Assembly (NCBI GenBank): GCA_030141605.1
Contig: JAQGDQ010000162.1
Coordinates: 248,001 to 312,000, forward strand
DNA: 64,000 nt
Reading direction: 5' to 3'
Origin: Tubiluchus corallicola
Lineage: Eukaryota > Animalia > Priapulida
Both the position numbers and the translations under genes were made by a program. Shown one piece after another: positions 35,801 to 50,800 of this stretch. Each line of letters begins with the position of its first letter. Position 1 is the stretch's first letter. The notes under the pieces are model-generated. The model was given only the letters and a program-made list of their open reading frames with translations, had not been told where the DNA came from and searched no databases.

Positions 35801-38800
35801 CTGTATATATATCCCTTATATTTACATGCAGTTATACAATTGGAAGTACTGGCAGACATATTTGCCAAAACTTCGAAATAAATTCAGTTCCATACTTGAA
35901 TTTTTCATCTGATGACCGCAACAAATTGTCAAAATCTGGATCGCAAATGGTGAGAAAGGATTAGGTTTATAGCTTTATATGTTGTAATGTAATTCATTTG
36001 GTTATTATAATAAATACAATTATTATAAGTAGTGAATTTTCTACTAATTAGTACTGCGGCATGTCTTTGTCATAACTCTAATTTGCGACACTTTCAGAAC
36101 AGATTCTCAGAAAAAAACTTATAGAAGTTTCACGCCAGTATATAGAAATAATAATGATCGGATACATATTGTGAGTGTAACATTTAAAACATTTTGCCAT
36201 GTACTAAAAGTAAGAGTTTATAAAAAGAAACACTCAGACAGAAAAATTTTAATATTAGCGTGTGCACTGGGTGCGATAATTTCAGTTCTAAATTGCATGA
36301 ATGACGCATTGTATTTTTTGAAAGTGAATAAACCACCGTGGTCTTTGAAAAAAGATCAAGTTTCAAAGTTTATTTATATATCATATTGCAAAAAATAGCA
36401 AATCATAGTGTGAAAGTTGAATGCGAATATGGCACATTAGAGTAAGGTGACCTTTTTCACAGCAATATCATCACACTTAGCCAAGGCCACCTTGAAAAAA
36501 GAAAAAACTAAGACAAAAGGGTCAGAGATCAAAATGGAGGAAAGAAAAAGGGATGGTAAGGGAAAAGAAACGGATAATCAATGTGTTAAAGAATGTTACA
36601 CGGACAAAGATGCAATCAATAATAAAAAAAAATCTAGTTATACAATTCTACTAAAAAAACGTGAGCAATGTGCTATGCTACATGACATACAAATCGCATG
36701 CTTAGCAGTTTGAAAGTTGACATACATTGGCATACATACAATGCAGCTTACAGTAGTGATCATTGAGTAATGTGTAAGAAGCCTTCTCACCTTCGTGCAC
36801 ATCACTGTGATCCTGTGATGCCTCCGTGATGCCTGAGTTTTCGTCTGACTTCACGACTACTAGTCCGTCTGCAGAAACAACAAACTTCCCACACGGGTCA
36901 CGGGTTTCCTCTAGATCTGCTGTGAGCCCATCGGATGAGACGACAAATTTGGGCATTGCAGAGCCTTTACAATATCTGGCACCAGAACATGATACCTGCA
37001 TCAAAGGAAATCCATCAAGGATCTGATTATTCAAGTGAAAACCTACATTAGACCACTTACTATCGTAATGTTCAGTTTCAGGATGATTATCACCGATCAC
37101 GTGCCTCTGTCTTCTGAATCCATTTTTCTATCTTATTCCATCAAGTGTCAATTAATGTAACTAAATTAAGGCCCAAACTCGGATGAATTGGGTAAGAGTA
37201 GTTAGGAAAGAGTATGGGATCTATGTATTTACATCTTACACAATTCCAATGTACTGATTATTAAAAGAATAAGAAAAAAGGCAAAGATATTTGCAGATTA
37301 AATTGGCCAAAATTTTTAAATAATGATTAGTGATTCTGAAAAGCAAAAAAATGTACGTGTTCAAATGAGAACGGCACATAATAAAAGCAAAATCTTTGGC
37401 TAAAAATGTGTACACTTCAGAATAGGATGTAAACTTGGCATGATGTATTGCAGACTTCTTGCTACAAAGCCAAAATTTGTACAAGTAGTAAGGAACTACT
37501 AGCTTGATCATTACCTCTACCAGCCCTTCATCTGTGGCCTCAAACTCCGGTGCCCTAAAACTGGGCTGTCGTTCCCTCACCACAGCTCTGGTTCTGTCCT
37601 TTCTTGGTGAATGCTCCGGGCAGAATTCATCTAAAGCAACAAAGTCTTTGTCAGTAAAGTTAGTGGTTTTTTGCAAATCTGCCTGTTCTTGTCTGTAAAT
37701 TATTATTCTGCACACTACAGACATAACAAAAGCCACGGTGACCGTGACACGGAAAGTACTCTTTCTCTATAAACATTAACTTTATACTACTATAATAATT
37801 CTATTCTACAATACTATACTGCATGTCTACCATACAACTACTATCATCCACAAACTACTACAAAACACTATACAACAGAACAATACAATATCATCTTTAC
37901 AATTGATTTTAACAGGTACGTTTAAATTATAGCAGATTGAATAAGCACTGCCTTTAGTTGTTTTGAAAATGTAATTTGCTATCTTTACAGCTATACTGTC
38001 AAAAACGTACTAGGTATATAAACAAATAATAAAGACATGCAATTTTAATTTTAAATTAGATGTTACAAAATTGTTTACTTTCTGATGCAATTCAGCCTTC
38101 CAATTCCTCTGAAAAAGTGAATTTTCCAACACAAACCTTAAGAGAAGCAGAGTACAAACCTTCATTCGCAGAAGTCGGTTCTTCGTAGTCAACCTGGACA
38201 TTATCTTCAGGGCTAGCCTGAACATCTCCCTGTGACACGGCTGCAAGTATATATTCTTCGTCACCACTCTCGTCTTTTTCTACAAAATTTGGACTGACGA
38301 CGTCCACGATGCTAGTAGATCTTTCCACTACGACGTCGCCATCACTTTCCAAGACACTGATCTTATCTTCCTGTATCACGTAATCATCCAGATTGCCAAT
38401 TTCTGCACAGCAAGAAAAAATAGAGGATTGCTACATCCAGATAATGATATAAAAACAACAGCTGCTGCTAGGGCTGGATTAAGGTGTGTTGGTGTCTTAA
38501 GCACACCTGCACCAGGTGGTGAACATAGTTTTATAGCTGAACAGATTATATTGTACATGCAATTTAATATGAAACATTCATTAATTTTTAGTTTACTGAA
38601 GTCACGCAAACTAGATTTCATTGAATTTGAACATACTGCTAGTTATAGTAGTTGACAGTCAACAGCATCTTCTAAAGTGCTTTACATTCTCTATGAAGAT
38701 GCCTACTTTGGGTGTGCCCCCACACATTGTACCCCCAAACAGATGTGCCCCCACACATTGTACGTTATTTATACACTTTTATTATCAATACATGCTTGTC

Positions 38801-41800
38801 CATGTAGCAGTCATATACACGTTATTAGCCGAGTATGCTTATAGGGTATCTCAGTTGTAAAATACTGTTTTCTGGGCTTCTAACAGGTTTGCTATAACAA
38901 TGTTATACTGCATTTGAATATACAATTAAAAACACTGGAAGCTCCACATTAGAATTTCATTTTCAACCTAACCAGACTCTGCCATTAACAACAGTATGAA
39001 GATATTAGTCCATATTTACGTGAAAGCTCAAACTAACTGTACAATAATTTTTATAATGAGACAACAGCACCAGTTATGAAGTCGTTAGCTGAACCTAGTA
39101 TTTCTACAGTATGCAAAAAATGAAGTAAAATCCAATCCAAAGAAAGTTTAAGTAAACTCCCAGTACCTGCCACTTTGGCTTGGCAATCATCTTCACCTTC
39201 GATGGTCCCGTCAATAACTTCATAGTCTGGAGATGTCGGCGTTTTCTCATCGTTACCTATCTTTGCTGGCACTCTGTCGGTGCTTGCAAGCAGGTGAGAC
39301 ACGATGTCGGCAGTTTCTTCTTTTGAAGCTGTATTTACAAAGTCAAACAGCTGAATGTTTATTTAAAGTGAAGCGTAAGTTTATTATCACCACTGTTATC
39401 AACTTCATTATCATCAACACGATGTTCAAACTTTGTATTATTATTATACCTGTCAAGCGTAAACTAATAAGCCTTTTCACAGTTTTGCTATGCACATGGG
39501 CAGTTGTTGTAGGTCAAAGGTCAAATGAACAGAGAGTGTCTTACTTAACTGCAACTGTCACGTGACCTTATGTATGTAACCACATGTAGGTGAAACGTGG
39601 TTACTTTAATTATCATACTACAAGTGTACAGTTTTAAACGTACGAGTTATTCTTATCTGAACACAGCTAGCAAAATAGCAGCAGCAATCCACGCAAAATG
39701 AAATAAATGAAGCAAAAATTAACACCAAGAATTGTTACTAATACAACAGTATGGGCCTCGAGGCATTGTCAAGTGTAAACAAATGGATTGTTTGATTCAG
39801 ATAACATTGTTAGGTTCACTTGACCATTGACCTTTTCACAATCATCGTCAAAATAATAATAATATCAATAACGATAACTGCTGGAATTGTGAAAAAAGTT
39901 TATTATAAGTATGAAATAAAATGAGAAACTAAATATGCTTGTCAGTTTACTACATCTGCTAGCAGGTTGCAGCACCTTGATTTCAGAAAACCAATGCATG
40001 CAAAAATCATACATCCATAGACAAACTATGGCACTGTACGTAACACGGCCCACTTTAATTTAATCATTCAAAAACAGCTGAATATTTTGCATGCTGCCCC
40101 TACAAGTCTAATACAGCAAGCAGATTTTTGTACTTCAAAACGCGGGTTAGAAAAGACATACCAAGATCTTGCTCCGCTCTGAGCTTTTCCATGGGAACAT
40201 TCGTGTCGAAGCAAAGAGGCAGGTTGACTACAATGTAATCGCTGTCAACACTGCTCACATCACTTTCTGCTTCCTCATCTTTCTTGTATTCGTCATCCAC
40301 AGCAGTAGCAACTTCTTCTTCTTCTTCTCCTGGTGGTTCTGGAGACTTGGATGGGGACACGTCTAAACAACAAAACATTTTACGGTTCAAGTTTACAATT
40401 CCCCCATGCAAAAAATTAATTCGTGAAGCAGATTAGGGTTAGGGTTAGGGTGTTTAAATTGTGTGGGGAACTGTAAGCTCCTTCCCATTTTATTATTACC
40501 ATTGAATAAGCTGCTATTATTCATGCTTCCTTACACCTGAAAACAGAGGAAGCCACACATCTCCAAAAATCCACATTAAAAACGCATAAATCTATCTAAA
40601 CCTAATTTTCCACCTTATTTCTCACTCAATTTAGATCTACATAAAACTGACCCCTGCGAAACAGATCGGATCTAGAATACACTAATTTAAGAGGTGATTA
40701 AGAATTTATTCATTTAGCAAGTATATTTTGTTACAGCCTCAGAATCATGACTGCGTAATATCACCCAGTAATGATACGTGAAGGTACATTTGATAGCTGG
40801 CAATGTGTTCTTTCCGCTCACCTTTGTGTAAATAATTTTGTACACAGATTGCATCGTATGACAAATCTCGTAATGCAGAATTAAAGGAAAAACCAAGTCT
40901 TGAACAAAATTTAATTTAATGCCTTTTAATATACAACTAAAAACATTGAACTCACCATATATTATACGGGCATAAAATGCAAAAGAAATTTAAATATTTC
41001 TTATCTCCTGCCAGATGAACATCGCATTTGAAAAAATGACATACGCTAGTGTTTGCTGGGCAGCATGAATGCCGCGAAAGCAAGCTGTGGTAAAGGTATG
41101 CATTGCAAAATTTCTACATTTCACTCAGATGTTCCATTATTTTAACATTGTACTTAACTGTTTATGTAAAACTTACTCTTTGAATCAATTATGACCACAT
41201 TTAAAGTGGCTACATAGCTTTAAATCACAGGATTATATCTTGAAATATGTAAGTTTAGATTAATTTACAGATTTTTGTTGACTTTCAGATATGCAAGCAA
41301 ACTAACGAGCCCTGCCTAGAGAGTGCTCTGTAAATTAAAAAAGACTGCTGAACCACCAGGCGAAATAAGTGTTTCTATTACACAGTAACCGGATGACATA
41401 TGTTTCATTCAAATAAACTCAACTTTTCGAGAGATTTGGCTTTTGCTTTACGTAATATGTCACAGAAGCAAAAAAAAACACAGAATCCAGATGTGCATTG
41501 CACAAAAACAGAAATTTTGTAGCAAACACACAGGACAGCACAGCTGAACTTCTTTACTAAACATAGTCACATGCACTGGTGCTAAGTTTGTAATCGCATT
41601 TACAGAGGCGTTGCAAGGTGGGGGCGACACGTGGCAATTGCCCCTGGGTGAAAAATTTTCCTACAGGTCAATGATTGTTAATTATTAATTATTAATCCAC
41701 CAGCAACAAAACAATTAACAAAGATTTTTCAAACTACGGCAAAATTGCCTAGTCAGAGGTCATTGTAGATCATCAGAGATAATTAATAACTTAATTACTA

Positions 41801-44800
41801 CATGGAGCCTAGAAAAAAGGCTAATGTCATTACTTAACACCGTGTGTAGGGTGTCGTGTGGCTTAGCAGATCAATGATTTTGGGAGAAACAGCTTCTGCT
41901 GATTGTATTATTGTGAAAACCTGTAGTGTTCTGTATCTTTTATAATCTTTGCATGTTTTAATGCTGGAGCTGAATGTTTAAAGAGTGTCGTGTTTCAAGC
42001 AACTAATACATAGGAAAAAGCATACTACGTTATTCAGGTGCAGTGTCACAAATTTAAACTCAGAGTAATTCTTAGAAAAAAATTCATTTATTTTTACCCC
42101 GTCTTTGTCGAAAAAAGAAATCGAGCTCAGGGAGGCAAAAAACGTGCACAATTTGTGGCTTCACACACAAAACAAATGATCAAAACATTAAAAGGGCAGG
42201 GTGCCAGAAGTATTTTGCCCTGGGGCTCCACAAGCACTTGCTACGCTACTGTGCATTTATGAAATTCTGAGATTGAATTTTAAAACACAGGTAGCTTACT
42301 TACCCAAGGGAGTATTTGCCGGAGTAGCAGTTTGCGACGGTTTGGCCAATCTCTCTAACAGTTCATACTCTGTCTGCACATCTTTTTCTTCTGTTACAGT
42401 CTTACTGTCATTCTGGACAATGGCGCACACTTCCTCGTTACATTCTTCTTCTTCTTTTTTGTTCCCACCAGCCAGCTGCACAAAAAGTACATCATACACT
42501 GGTCAACTGTGTATAAATTATCAATTATGCTGCTCAATTGTGCATAAATGATCAATTTCAGGGACTAATTTATTATCTTCCACTCGTGATACAAGTGTAG
42601 CAAAACAATTATCTCAGAAACGGCATCACAAACAAGTCTGTTACTGATCAAAGGCATTCTCTGGGAGGTATCTGATGCATATTTAGAAGAACTGATCAAC
42701 TTAAACGCATGCTCATTTGCTTCACATGACGCAACATAATTATGCTGAAATTCAAATTCGATTTAAGTTAACATAAAATAACACATTTAAAAGATGATTT
42801 TTTGTCATAAAATAGATAAGATATTACTTACAATATGTTTGTCATCTTACTAAAACAAAAAATGTTACATTATGTATGTTTCAGGGAGACCAAGGAAGCC
42901 GCAGTTTATAGGGCCATGCAGAAAAGTGGTTATGGCAAAGCTCCATTACAAACAGTCATTAAGGATAATTTATTCCAGTTCACAAAACCATGATCATTAA
43001 ACAATGATAAATAAAAGTAAAAGTGCATTTTCGCAAACCAGATTTTTATGCAATAATATGTGTCCAGAAAATCAGAAATAAGTACCTCAACAGAGCGTCT
43101 CTTCTCTTCATTTTCTACATCGATACGATTCTGGATCATCTCCCAGATCTCATTGCTGACATTTTTAGGAGAGGTCATTGTAGTGCTGTCCACACATACC
43201 GACTTCTCTCCGTTATTTGTCTCGTTCTTCACAGCCGTGCTTCTAACTGGCTCTATATCAACTGGTTCCACATCCTTCATGGAGGCTTCAGCGGATTCCC
43301 CGATACCAGGAATGATGCACAGTTTACTGAATTTCTGGGTGATTCCACTTAGATGTTCTTGGATGTCCTGACTTATCTCCAGTTTGGAGCAGTCTTTCGG
43401 TTTATGCCAATCCCCTTTCAGCACCAACCAGTCAAGGTCCAAGTTACTTGACTTTGATTCGGAAGAAACGTCTGGTGCATCTGTTGCCTCAATCGCGGAG
43501 AACTTCATCAAATCTGGGTCTGCATTGACCTTGCCACTTCTGCTATCTAGCTTTTTAAAATCACTCTTTGTAGGCTGTTGAGTCACTGTTCCGTATTTCG
43601 TGATGACTCGAGCATTCTCGGCGCAAGTGTCTCGAGCTGCGGCTGCCAAGCCCTCTTGTGGCAGATTGATCAAGCGAGTAGGATTTTCATTAGGAGTCAT
43701 GGTCAAATCGCTTCTCAAAAGCAATGGGATGTGCGATACGCTAGTTGCTAACGAATCTGAAGCGGAAACGACCAAAATGCTGACCCAAAGTCGATGGCCG
43801 AAGCGACGACCCTCCGAACATAATGTCCAGTGGCTTTCGTGATGACCTTGAGAAAAATGAAAATGGTGTAATGTGATGGCTGCTTAAACAGAAAGATAAT
43901 TTGTCTGCTAAACTTCTGCTAATTATAAAGCTAGCTACTACAGTATAGTTACTTCATTACAATTTATTTTCATTAGCAAGACATATGTAAGAAACTAACA
44001 ATATAAAACAGTTTCCGTAGTAAAGATTTCTCTAAATACGGAAAGTAAATCTGCCCTATTAAAAGTTCAGGCATCCATTGCAAATTGAAAAATATTTTGC
44101 AACATTAGTTAAATGAGTAGATCTATGCAAGTAAAAAGTACCAGGTGTGCTTGGAGCAATGCATTGTACAGAAACGATGCCTTTCTCTCCCGGCTGAAGT
44201 TGTGAAATGACTGCTCCGCCCTCGACAGCTTTCACCGACCCCCACAAATATTTCAACTAAAAAATCATATTAATCACATAACCGTCATGTTTTTGCAATG
44301 GTAGCAGAATAACAAAAACCACACTATTTGCTTTCAAAACAAACGCTACAAAAACAAATGAAGTTTAAGCAAAACTTTAAAAAATTGAGTCTAGCTTGCC
44401 TTACTGTACAATATAATTAAGGCAACAACATTAACTTAAATTGCTCGCCTAATCTGTACAAGAAATACATCATAGAGTATAGAAAGTAACAAGTCCATGA
44501 ATAATCCGTTTAGCTAGCATAAATCAATAAAGCTACAAATGATTTAACATTGACAAACCATCTTAATCAAAGTATTCAGGAAAACAATTAAATTTTAAAT
44601 ATAATTTAACTTTTAAGTTTTGAAAAAATGAAAAGTTGAAACTTTAATGTGTCATAACATGCACGTTCAAAAACATAACATCAGATGGGAAGGAGCCATT
44701 GTATCACAACGATTGATTTGACTTACGACCACAGTCGGTTCCCGGATTGGTCGTAAGATAACTTGGATGCAAGATTCAAAAGGTGCGTCCCTATACGTAA

Positions 44801-47800
44801 GACACTGCATGCATATATGCAGACTAAGTATGTCAGTACCTATGGGTGAATTTATCGCACCAGATAGCGGTTTAAAGTTGATTTGTTTACAAAAATAGAA
44901 GGAAATATGTGTTGCAGTTAGTTTTGTATCAGTAATTAATAAAGTTGTGGTTGAGCGTAGTCAAGCAGTCGTAATTTGCATGGTCAGTAAGTTGACGATA
45001 ACCTGTAATATTACATTCCATTACATCAAAATAATATTACATCATATGTTTACGTCGTAGACGCATTGAGTACTTAATCTACCTTTTCAGAATACAACAA
45101 AGCAGTTGTTACAATTTTATTTCATTGCGTATCACTGGTTTATATACCTCAGTTACTTTATAAGCCACCTCAAGGTTGTACATAACTTTTTGCCAAGGGG
45201 ATGGAAACACAATGAATAATACCAGAATAGTTTATTGCATCAAAGTATTGCTAAAACAATAGAGAACCTATCGTGCCATTAGAATTTAGTGAGGAATCGT
45301 TGCTTGTCTCATGCAGCATGTAAACGTGAAGGTATGATTAGAGCAGTGCATTAGCGGTGACTCAAACAACCACAGAACTTCCAATCATCTTGCAGATGTG
45401 GTGCAATATCATCTGTTTGGTGTAATTTTTTCAGGAAAGCTACAGCGTGTATGGCTGGTTTTATCGACTGCAAGCTGTCATATGCGCTTGGTTTCCATAC
45501 TAAATTTTGGTGGCACAATGGATTCTGATGTTGTTTCTGAATATTTTAGAGCAATAAACTGTTTTGCACTGCTATTCGTAGCTTTTGTATGCCCCTAGCA
45601 AATGGCCATGTACTACCTTTTATATTTGTTTTCATACATTATAATTCCGCCCTATTCTGCTGGAGCAATCATCCATCTCACTTTAGGAGACTTTTTTTTA
45701 AACAGAGAGTGGAACAAAACCCTTACCTCAACATGACGTGGCCACGTGACAGTTCCATTATTCATGACTCGCCAGTGTTTGATAAATCGACTTCCCGGTT
45801 TCATTTGCACGCCGTCCGGAATGCTCTCATCCCACAAAAACTTTGCATCAAGTTTGCTACAAAATAGAGGAAAATCATTTACCATTTATTTGCACCCGAG
45901 CTGCTTGCCTTAGAAATTCATTAGCAAGCCAAGCTTTTTTCGAAGAACTATTAACAGATGTTTGATTTTAGCAATTCTGTTGAATTTTTGAATGTACCTA
46001 AATGGTTGAAATTCGATTCAATGATTTTTATGCACTATAACAAAAATTTTCTTCCCGTTAGTTAAATTTACAATGGCAGAAAAGAGCTACTTACTACCAG
46101 TTTCCAAATGGGACATACGGGATGCTAGAAAACACTTCCTCCTTTTCCTTTTTATCAGTCTTTTCCTCTTCTTTTAAATGTTTAGTTGTGCCATCAACTT
46201 TGTGAGGGGTCAGCGAGTCTTCGTATGTTTTTGCGTGTTTTTTTTCCACTTTCTTCGGGTTTGCAGATGTAACAACATGACTAAAAACACGTTTTTGTCA
46301 GTCAGTAAAAAACATTTGACATAAACAACTGCTTTACGTCAAAAACAACAATCAGGCTCTGCTTTTTATGTCTTGCAACACTGCAGCATTATTTTTTTAG
46401 AATAACCTTTTTCGCAGTTCTGGCGATTGATGATGATTGTGAAAAGGTCAAAGGTCAAGTCAAACCTAACAATTTATCTGAACCAAACAACGCATTTGTT
46501 TACATTTGACAATGCCTAGAGCCCCATGCTTTTATATTAGTAACAATCTGTCTTCAAGACGGGTAAACACAGCAGTAATCCAGCAAACAACTGGCACTGC
46601 TATGCCAGGGGCTTATCAGCACCACTTCTGATGTAACGGAGATTTCTTTTATTTTTAGAATTTTGCCTAATGTCTACAATAGATGTAATGGGCATATGAT
46701 GATGATGATGTTAGTAACAGTTCTTGGCATTAATTTTTGTTTCTGTTATTTCATTTTACATGGATTGCTGCTGTTATTTTGCTAGCTGTTTATGGATAAG
46801 AATAACACGTTAGTTTATACACGTTTAGTACAATAATAAAAATAATCACGTGTTTCATCCATTCCATGTACATGTAGTTACGTACACTAGATCATGTGAC
46901 AGTGGCATTTAAGCAACACACTCTGTGTTCATTTAACCTTTGACCTATAACAGCTCTTTGTGCGCATAAGAGAAACTGTGAAAAGGCTTATTGTAACTCA
47001 TGTCATAACTCACATTAAAAACCTGTGTAAATGATATAAAAATCCTATATTTGAACAATTTAGCTTGCAACATGTGCTGGAAACGGAGCAATCTCCAGGT
47101 CAAAACTGCACACTAGTCAAGAGTTCAGTACTCTGAAAAGACTGAAGAACTGAAAAAAAGCTACGATGACCTTAGAAATTTTGTGGTTAACCAAGCATTC
47201 TCAAAGCACTTGAAAAACTTCTTAAGAGAAATGATATCTTCTGCAAAGCCTCTAAGTCATGTTTACAGAGCTTAAACCAAAGACTATATAATAATGCTGT
47301 CACAGAGACGATTCGTTGCAGAGCTACTTTGTCATAGCAAGCAAAGATAAGATATGCTCCATGTGACTGAGAAGTACAGAATGGTAAACACTGGATCTGG
47401 CACATACAGATCTAGATCCCATGCGGAACCAACAAAACTGGATCCAGGGCACACCTATTAAAAAGGTAAGCTAACTTGCTAAATTGGAAATGGATATTTG
47501 TCCACGTGATATCAAAAATTCACTATTTAGTCATTACTTCACAAAAGTACAAAAACAATTAGAGAAAAAAGCATATATAATCACCAGTTTTTGCACATGC
47601 CTGTCTCCCTGCAGTGGCATTTTTTATGCTTTTGCTTTCCTTCTTTCTTGCTCTCTTTTTTCCCTTCACGCTTCTTCTTCTTCATTTCTTTCTTGGCTTC
47701 CTTTTTTAATGATTTTTTTTCTTTCACGAGTTCTTTAAGCTTCCTCAACTCTTCCCATTTCTTCACGAGGTCAGCGGTGGCGCTATCGAGGTCGAAATCT

Positions 47801-50800
47801 GGAGTCGTATCATTCACTGTCTCTGCAAAATGGAATTATATGTAACAAAAATACATCAAAGTTTAACAGACAGACTCCCGCAAGTTACCTGGCTATTACT
47901 TTGCATATTATTAGTTTTATTACAAAAAAACTTGTCTTCTGAAGTATAAAATAGTTACTATTTCTCAGATGTTAAATTTCTGACTGGAGAGCCAAATGTT
48001 TAGTAGAGGTATCAGTCAATTTTTCTTCTTTTAACATTAACAATATTAAAGTTTTTGGCCTCTTGCGACTGCCATAAATGAAAGCTGTTAAGCAAGCAAG
48101 CAAGATTTTCCTAGTGATAAAATAATTACAAACATCCTCTTCTTTTTATAATGAAGAAATACAGAACAACTAGTTTTTTGTACCCTGGTTCAAAAGCTGA
48201 ACTACTTACTATGTTAATGACCATGGTACGATCACAATTTAGCTAGTTTTTATTGCAAGGTAATTCTTTAAGGTGAGATACTAAGCTGGCACAGGTGTCT
48301 TAGCTTAGTTCATATGCTTCTACATCTTTTGTTAAAGAGGTAAACAGCCACAGCATTATAGCAATGACAGTAGCTTAAGACAATTATCTAGATGGTTACC
48401 TATCTAACTGCTGGCCAGGCTCTTCACCTGGTTTGTTAACTTTGGTCTCTAAATGCAATTTGTGCCAGTGTTTGGAACATTTACTTTTTTTCATCTACCT
48501 TTAATCTACATCTAGTTTTGCATCATCTACACTTATGTATCATCTACCGGCTTCAGTTTTTACTTGTATCTATTTCCACTTTCACAATATCTACTTTCGT
48601 CTATTTAAATAAATAAAAAGAAGAGTAAATTATTAAAAAACTCCAGTAGCTCCTTTATTTGATAATGTAAATTTTGCAGCTGTTATGCCGCTGCATATGC
48701 AAAGATATCTATGACTAACTGTCTGCGTACGTCATTTCAGAATGCGGATTCAGAATCGTGTTTTCCATACCATTACATAAAATCATTGGGTCTTTCATTT
48801 GGTAGGGGCCGTAGGAAAACACTCCAAATTTTATTATTACAAGCTATTTAATAAATTATTATAAGTTTTTGTCACTGCAGTTATTTCTTAAAATTTTTGT
48901 CCCGTGTTACAGCAAATGTCTAAAATTTCGTTCGTTCCGTTCTTGTACTGAATAGCAGTCGTTCTTGTACTTCTTGCATCTATCGGGCATCGTGTACTAG
49001 ACACTGATTGGTGCAACTGTGTAATTGTGAAAGGGGAACATTGCATTATATGCAGTTGCAAAAAATACAAAACCTCAACTGGTCAAGACTGAAACAAACC
49101 AAGCAAGCAAAGTTCTTGACCTCCCCATTCAAATGTAAACACACAAGTAGAACCAATGTGCTGAATCATGAGACAATTCAGAATAGCAAGAAAATACAAT
49201 ATTGAAAAATTGTGCCTACAATTGTGCCTAAGAATAACATGCTAACCTGCAAAAGTTTGAAAGTTGAAATAAACCGGTAACTTACCTGCTGTTGGTGCTG
49301 GTATTTTAATCCTGATAAATGCATGATCTTTTAAGTGTATCATATTTCCGCATTCGTTTGCCTCACAAGAGTCGCACAAGACGAAATCTGCACAGAAGGC
49401 ACACTTGTACCTAATGCCCGTGATGTTTCGGCAGCAGAAAACGCATGTGGAGTGTTTGCGAAGCTCGTCCTTGTAGATTCTGGATAAATCGGGATAGTGG
49501 TTTGCGCTTTGCGTTGCCGCATGCTTCGACGCCTTGATTTCGGGATCACGGAAAACACTCATTACATCGGTCATTATGTCATTCTTGATTTCACCTGCAG
49601 AATTGTGAAAATTGCGAGTGAGATTCATGGCGAGGCGCCTCTGGAGGGTCTAAACAGCAAGAAGGATTCACACTTTCCTTGCAATACATTACCAAAGTTA
49701 AGTTTTGTGGAATTTAGGCACTGAAAAGTGAAACGTGTACAGTAAGTCCAGATGCGGAGGTAAGCGAATTGTTAATCAACGAAGCACGACTTCCAAAGAA
49801 AGCAATGCATAAACTTTGAGACACATTTCGAGAGCAGAAATCAATAATGTTTAGTTCATATAAACCAACTGTTTAATGGTATTACACATATATCTGCTTA
49901 TTCTGCTGTGTGAACTAGCTTAATAAATTTAAATTTTTCTAGCCAAAGTGGCTCCCTCTTGCTGGAAACTTTAAAGTGAGAGCAATTGACCCAGTTATGT
50001 TGTCATTCTGTAGTGTATGTAAATGATCTGTCATGAGTAAGCTATTTTATCATTAGATAGATACGGCAGTGTTGTAAGTTTATTTCAACTTAATTTTAAT
50101 TATTATTTATTCATTGATATTTTTGATTGATTTATTTAACTGCCAATCTAGCTAAGCTATTTAACCTTTCATAAAATTGGCGAAATGTCAATCGATTTGG
50201 TTTTTCTATTATAATTATAATGAAATTCAAGTGAGACCTTGAAGATTTATCACAAAATGTCTCTCACCAACACAAACACTACTTGTTTAAAGTCACATAT
50301 GTTACAAATGGCCTATGCCTAGCACTTTTTGTTTAAAGTAGCAACAAATAGCACAGGCTCTTACTTACCCCAGGTCAATTTTTGTGCTAAAATTGTTTAT
50401 TTGAGGCCAGTTTTGTCAATTTGGGAGTGCTGAATTTAAAAATGATAGGTGAAATTTTTTCATGCACATCTTTAGCTGTCATCTTGAATTTCAAAATGGC
50501 CACCACTGTTATTTAATAATTAAGCTTGTTGCTGAGTTCCTCATTCGACTTTGCACTACATTCAAGATTTTTTACAAATACGGAAGTGGGGTGGGTAGAC
50601 GTGTATTAAATTCTTTTTAGAAAGGGCGTGGCTTAAGTCAAGTGACGGGGACAAAGTATCCAAATTGTTGTAAATGTCTTTGTCGCTCAAGTCCTCCTAC
50701 AGAATTTTGCCAGGAGGTTTTTGCATTTATGGGTAGCTAGGTAAATGCAGGTGTGCATTAGACAGGATTAGGCACAAAACAGAGTCATGTTATACAGCTG

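Noticed and set aside
38078-38110. In-frame TGA after the NBR1 exon as selenocysteine or readthrough
   Set aside because: A donor at 38159 precedes it, readthrough does not fix the downstream phase problem, and no SECIS was seen.
40434-40450. (TTAGGG)3 as a chromosome end or fusion scar
   Set aside because: It lies inside a TIR-bounded dispersed element in an intron of an intact gene.
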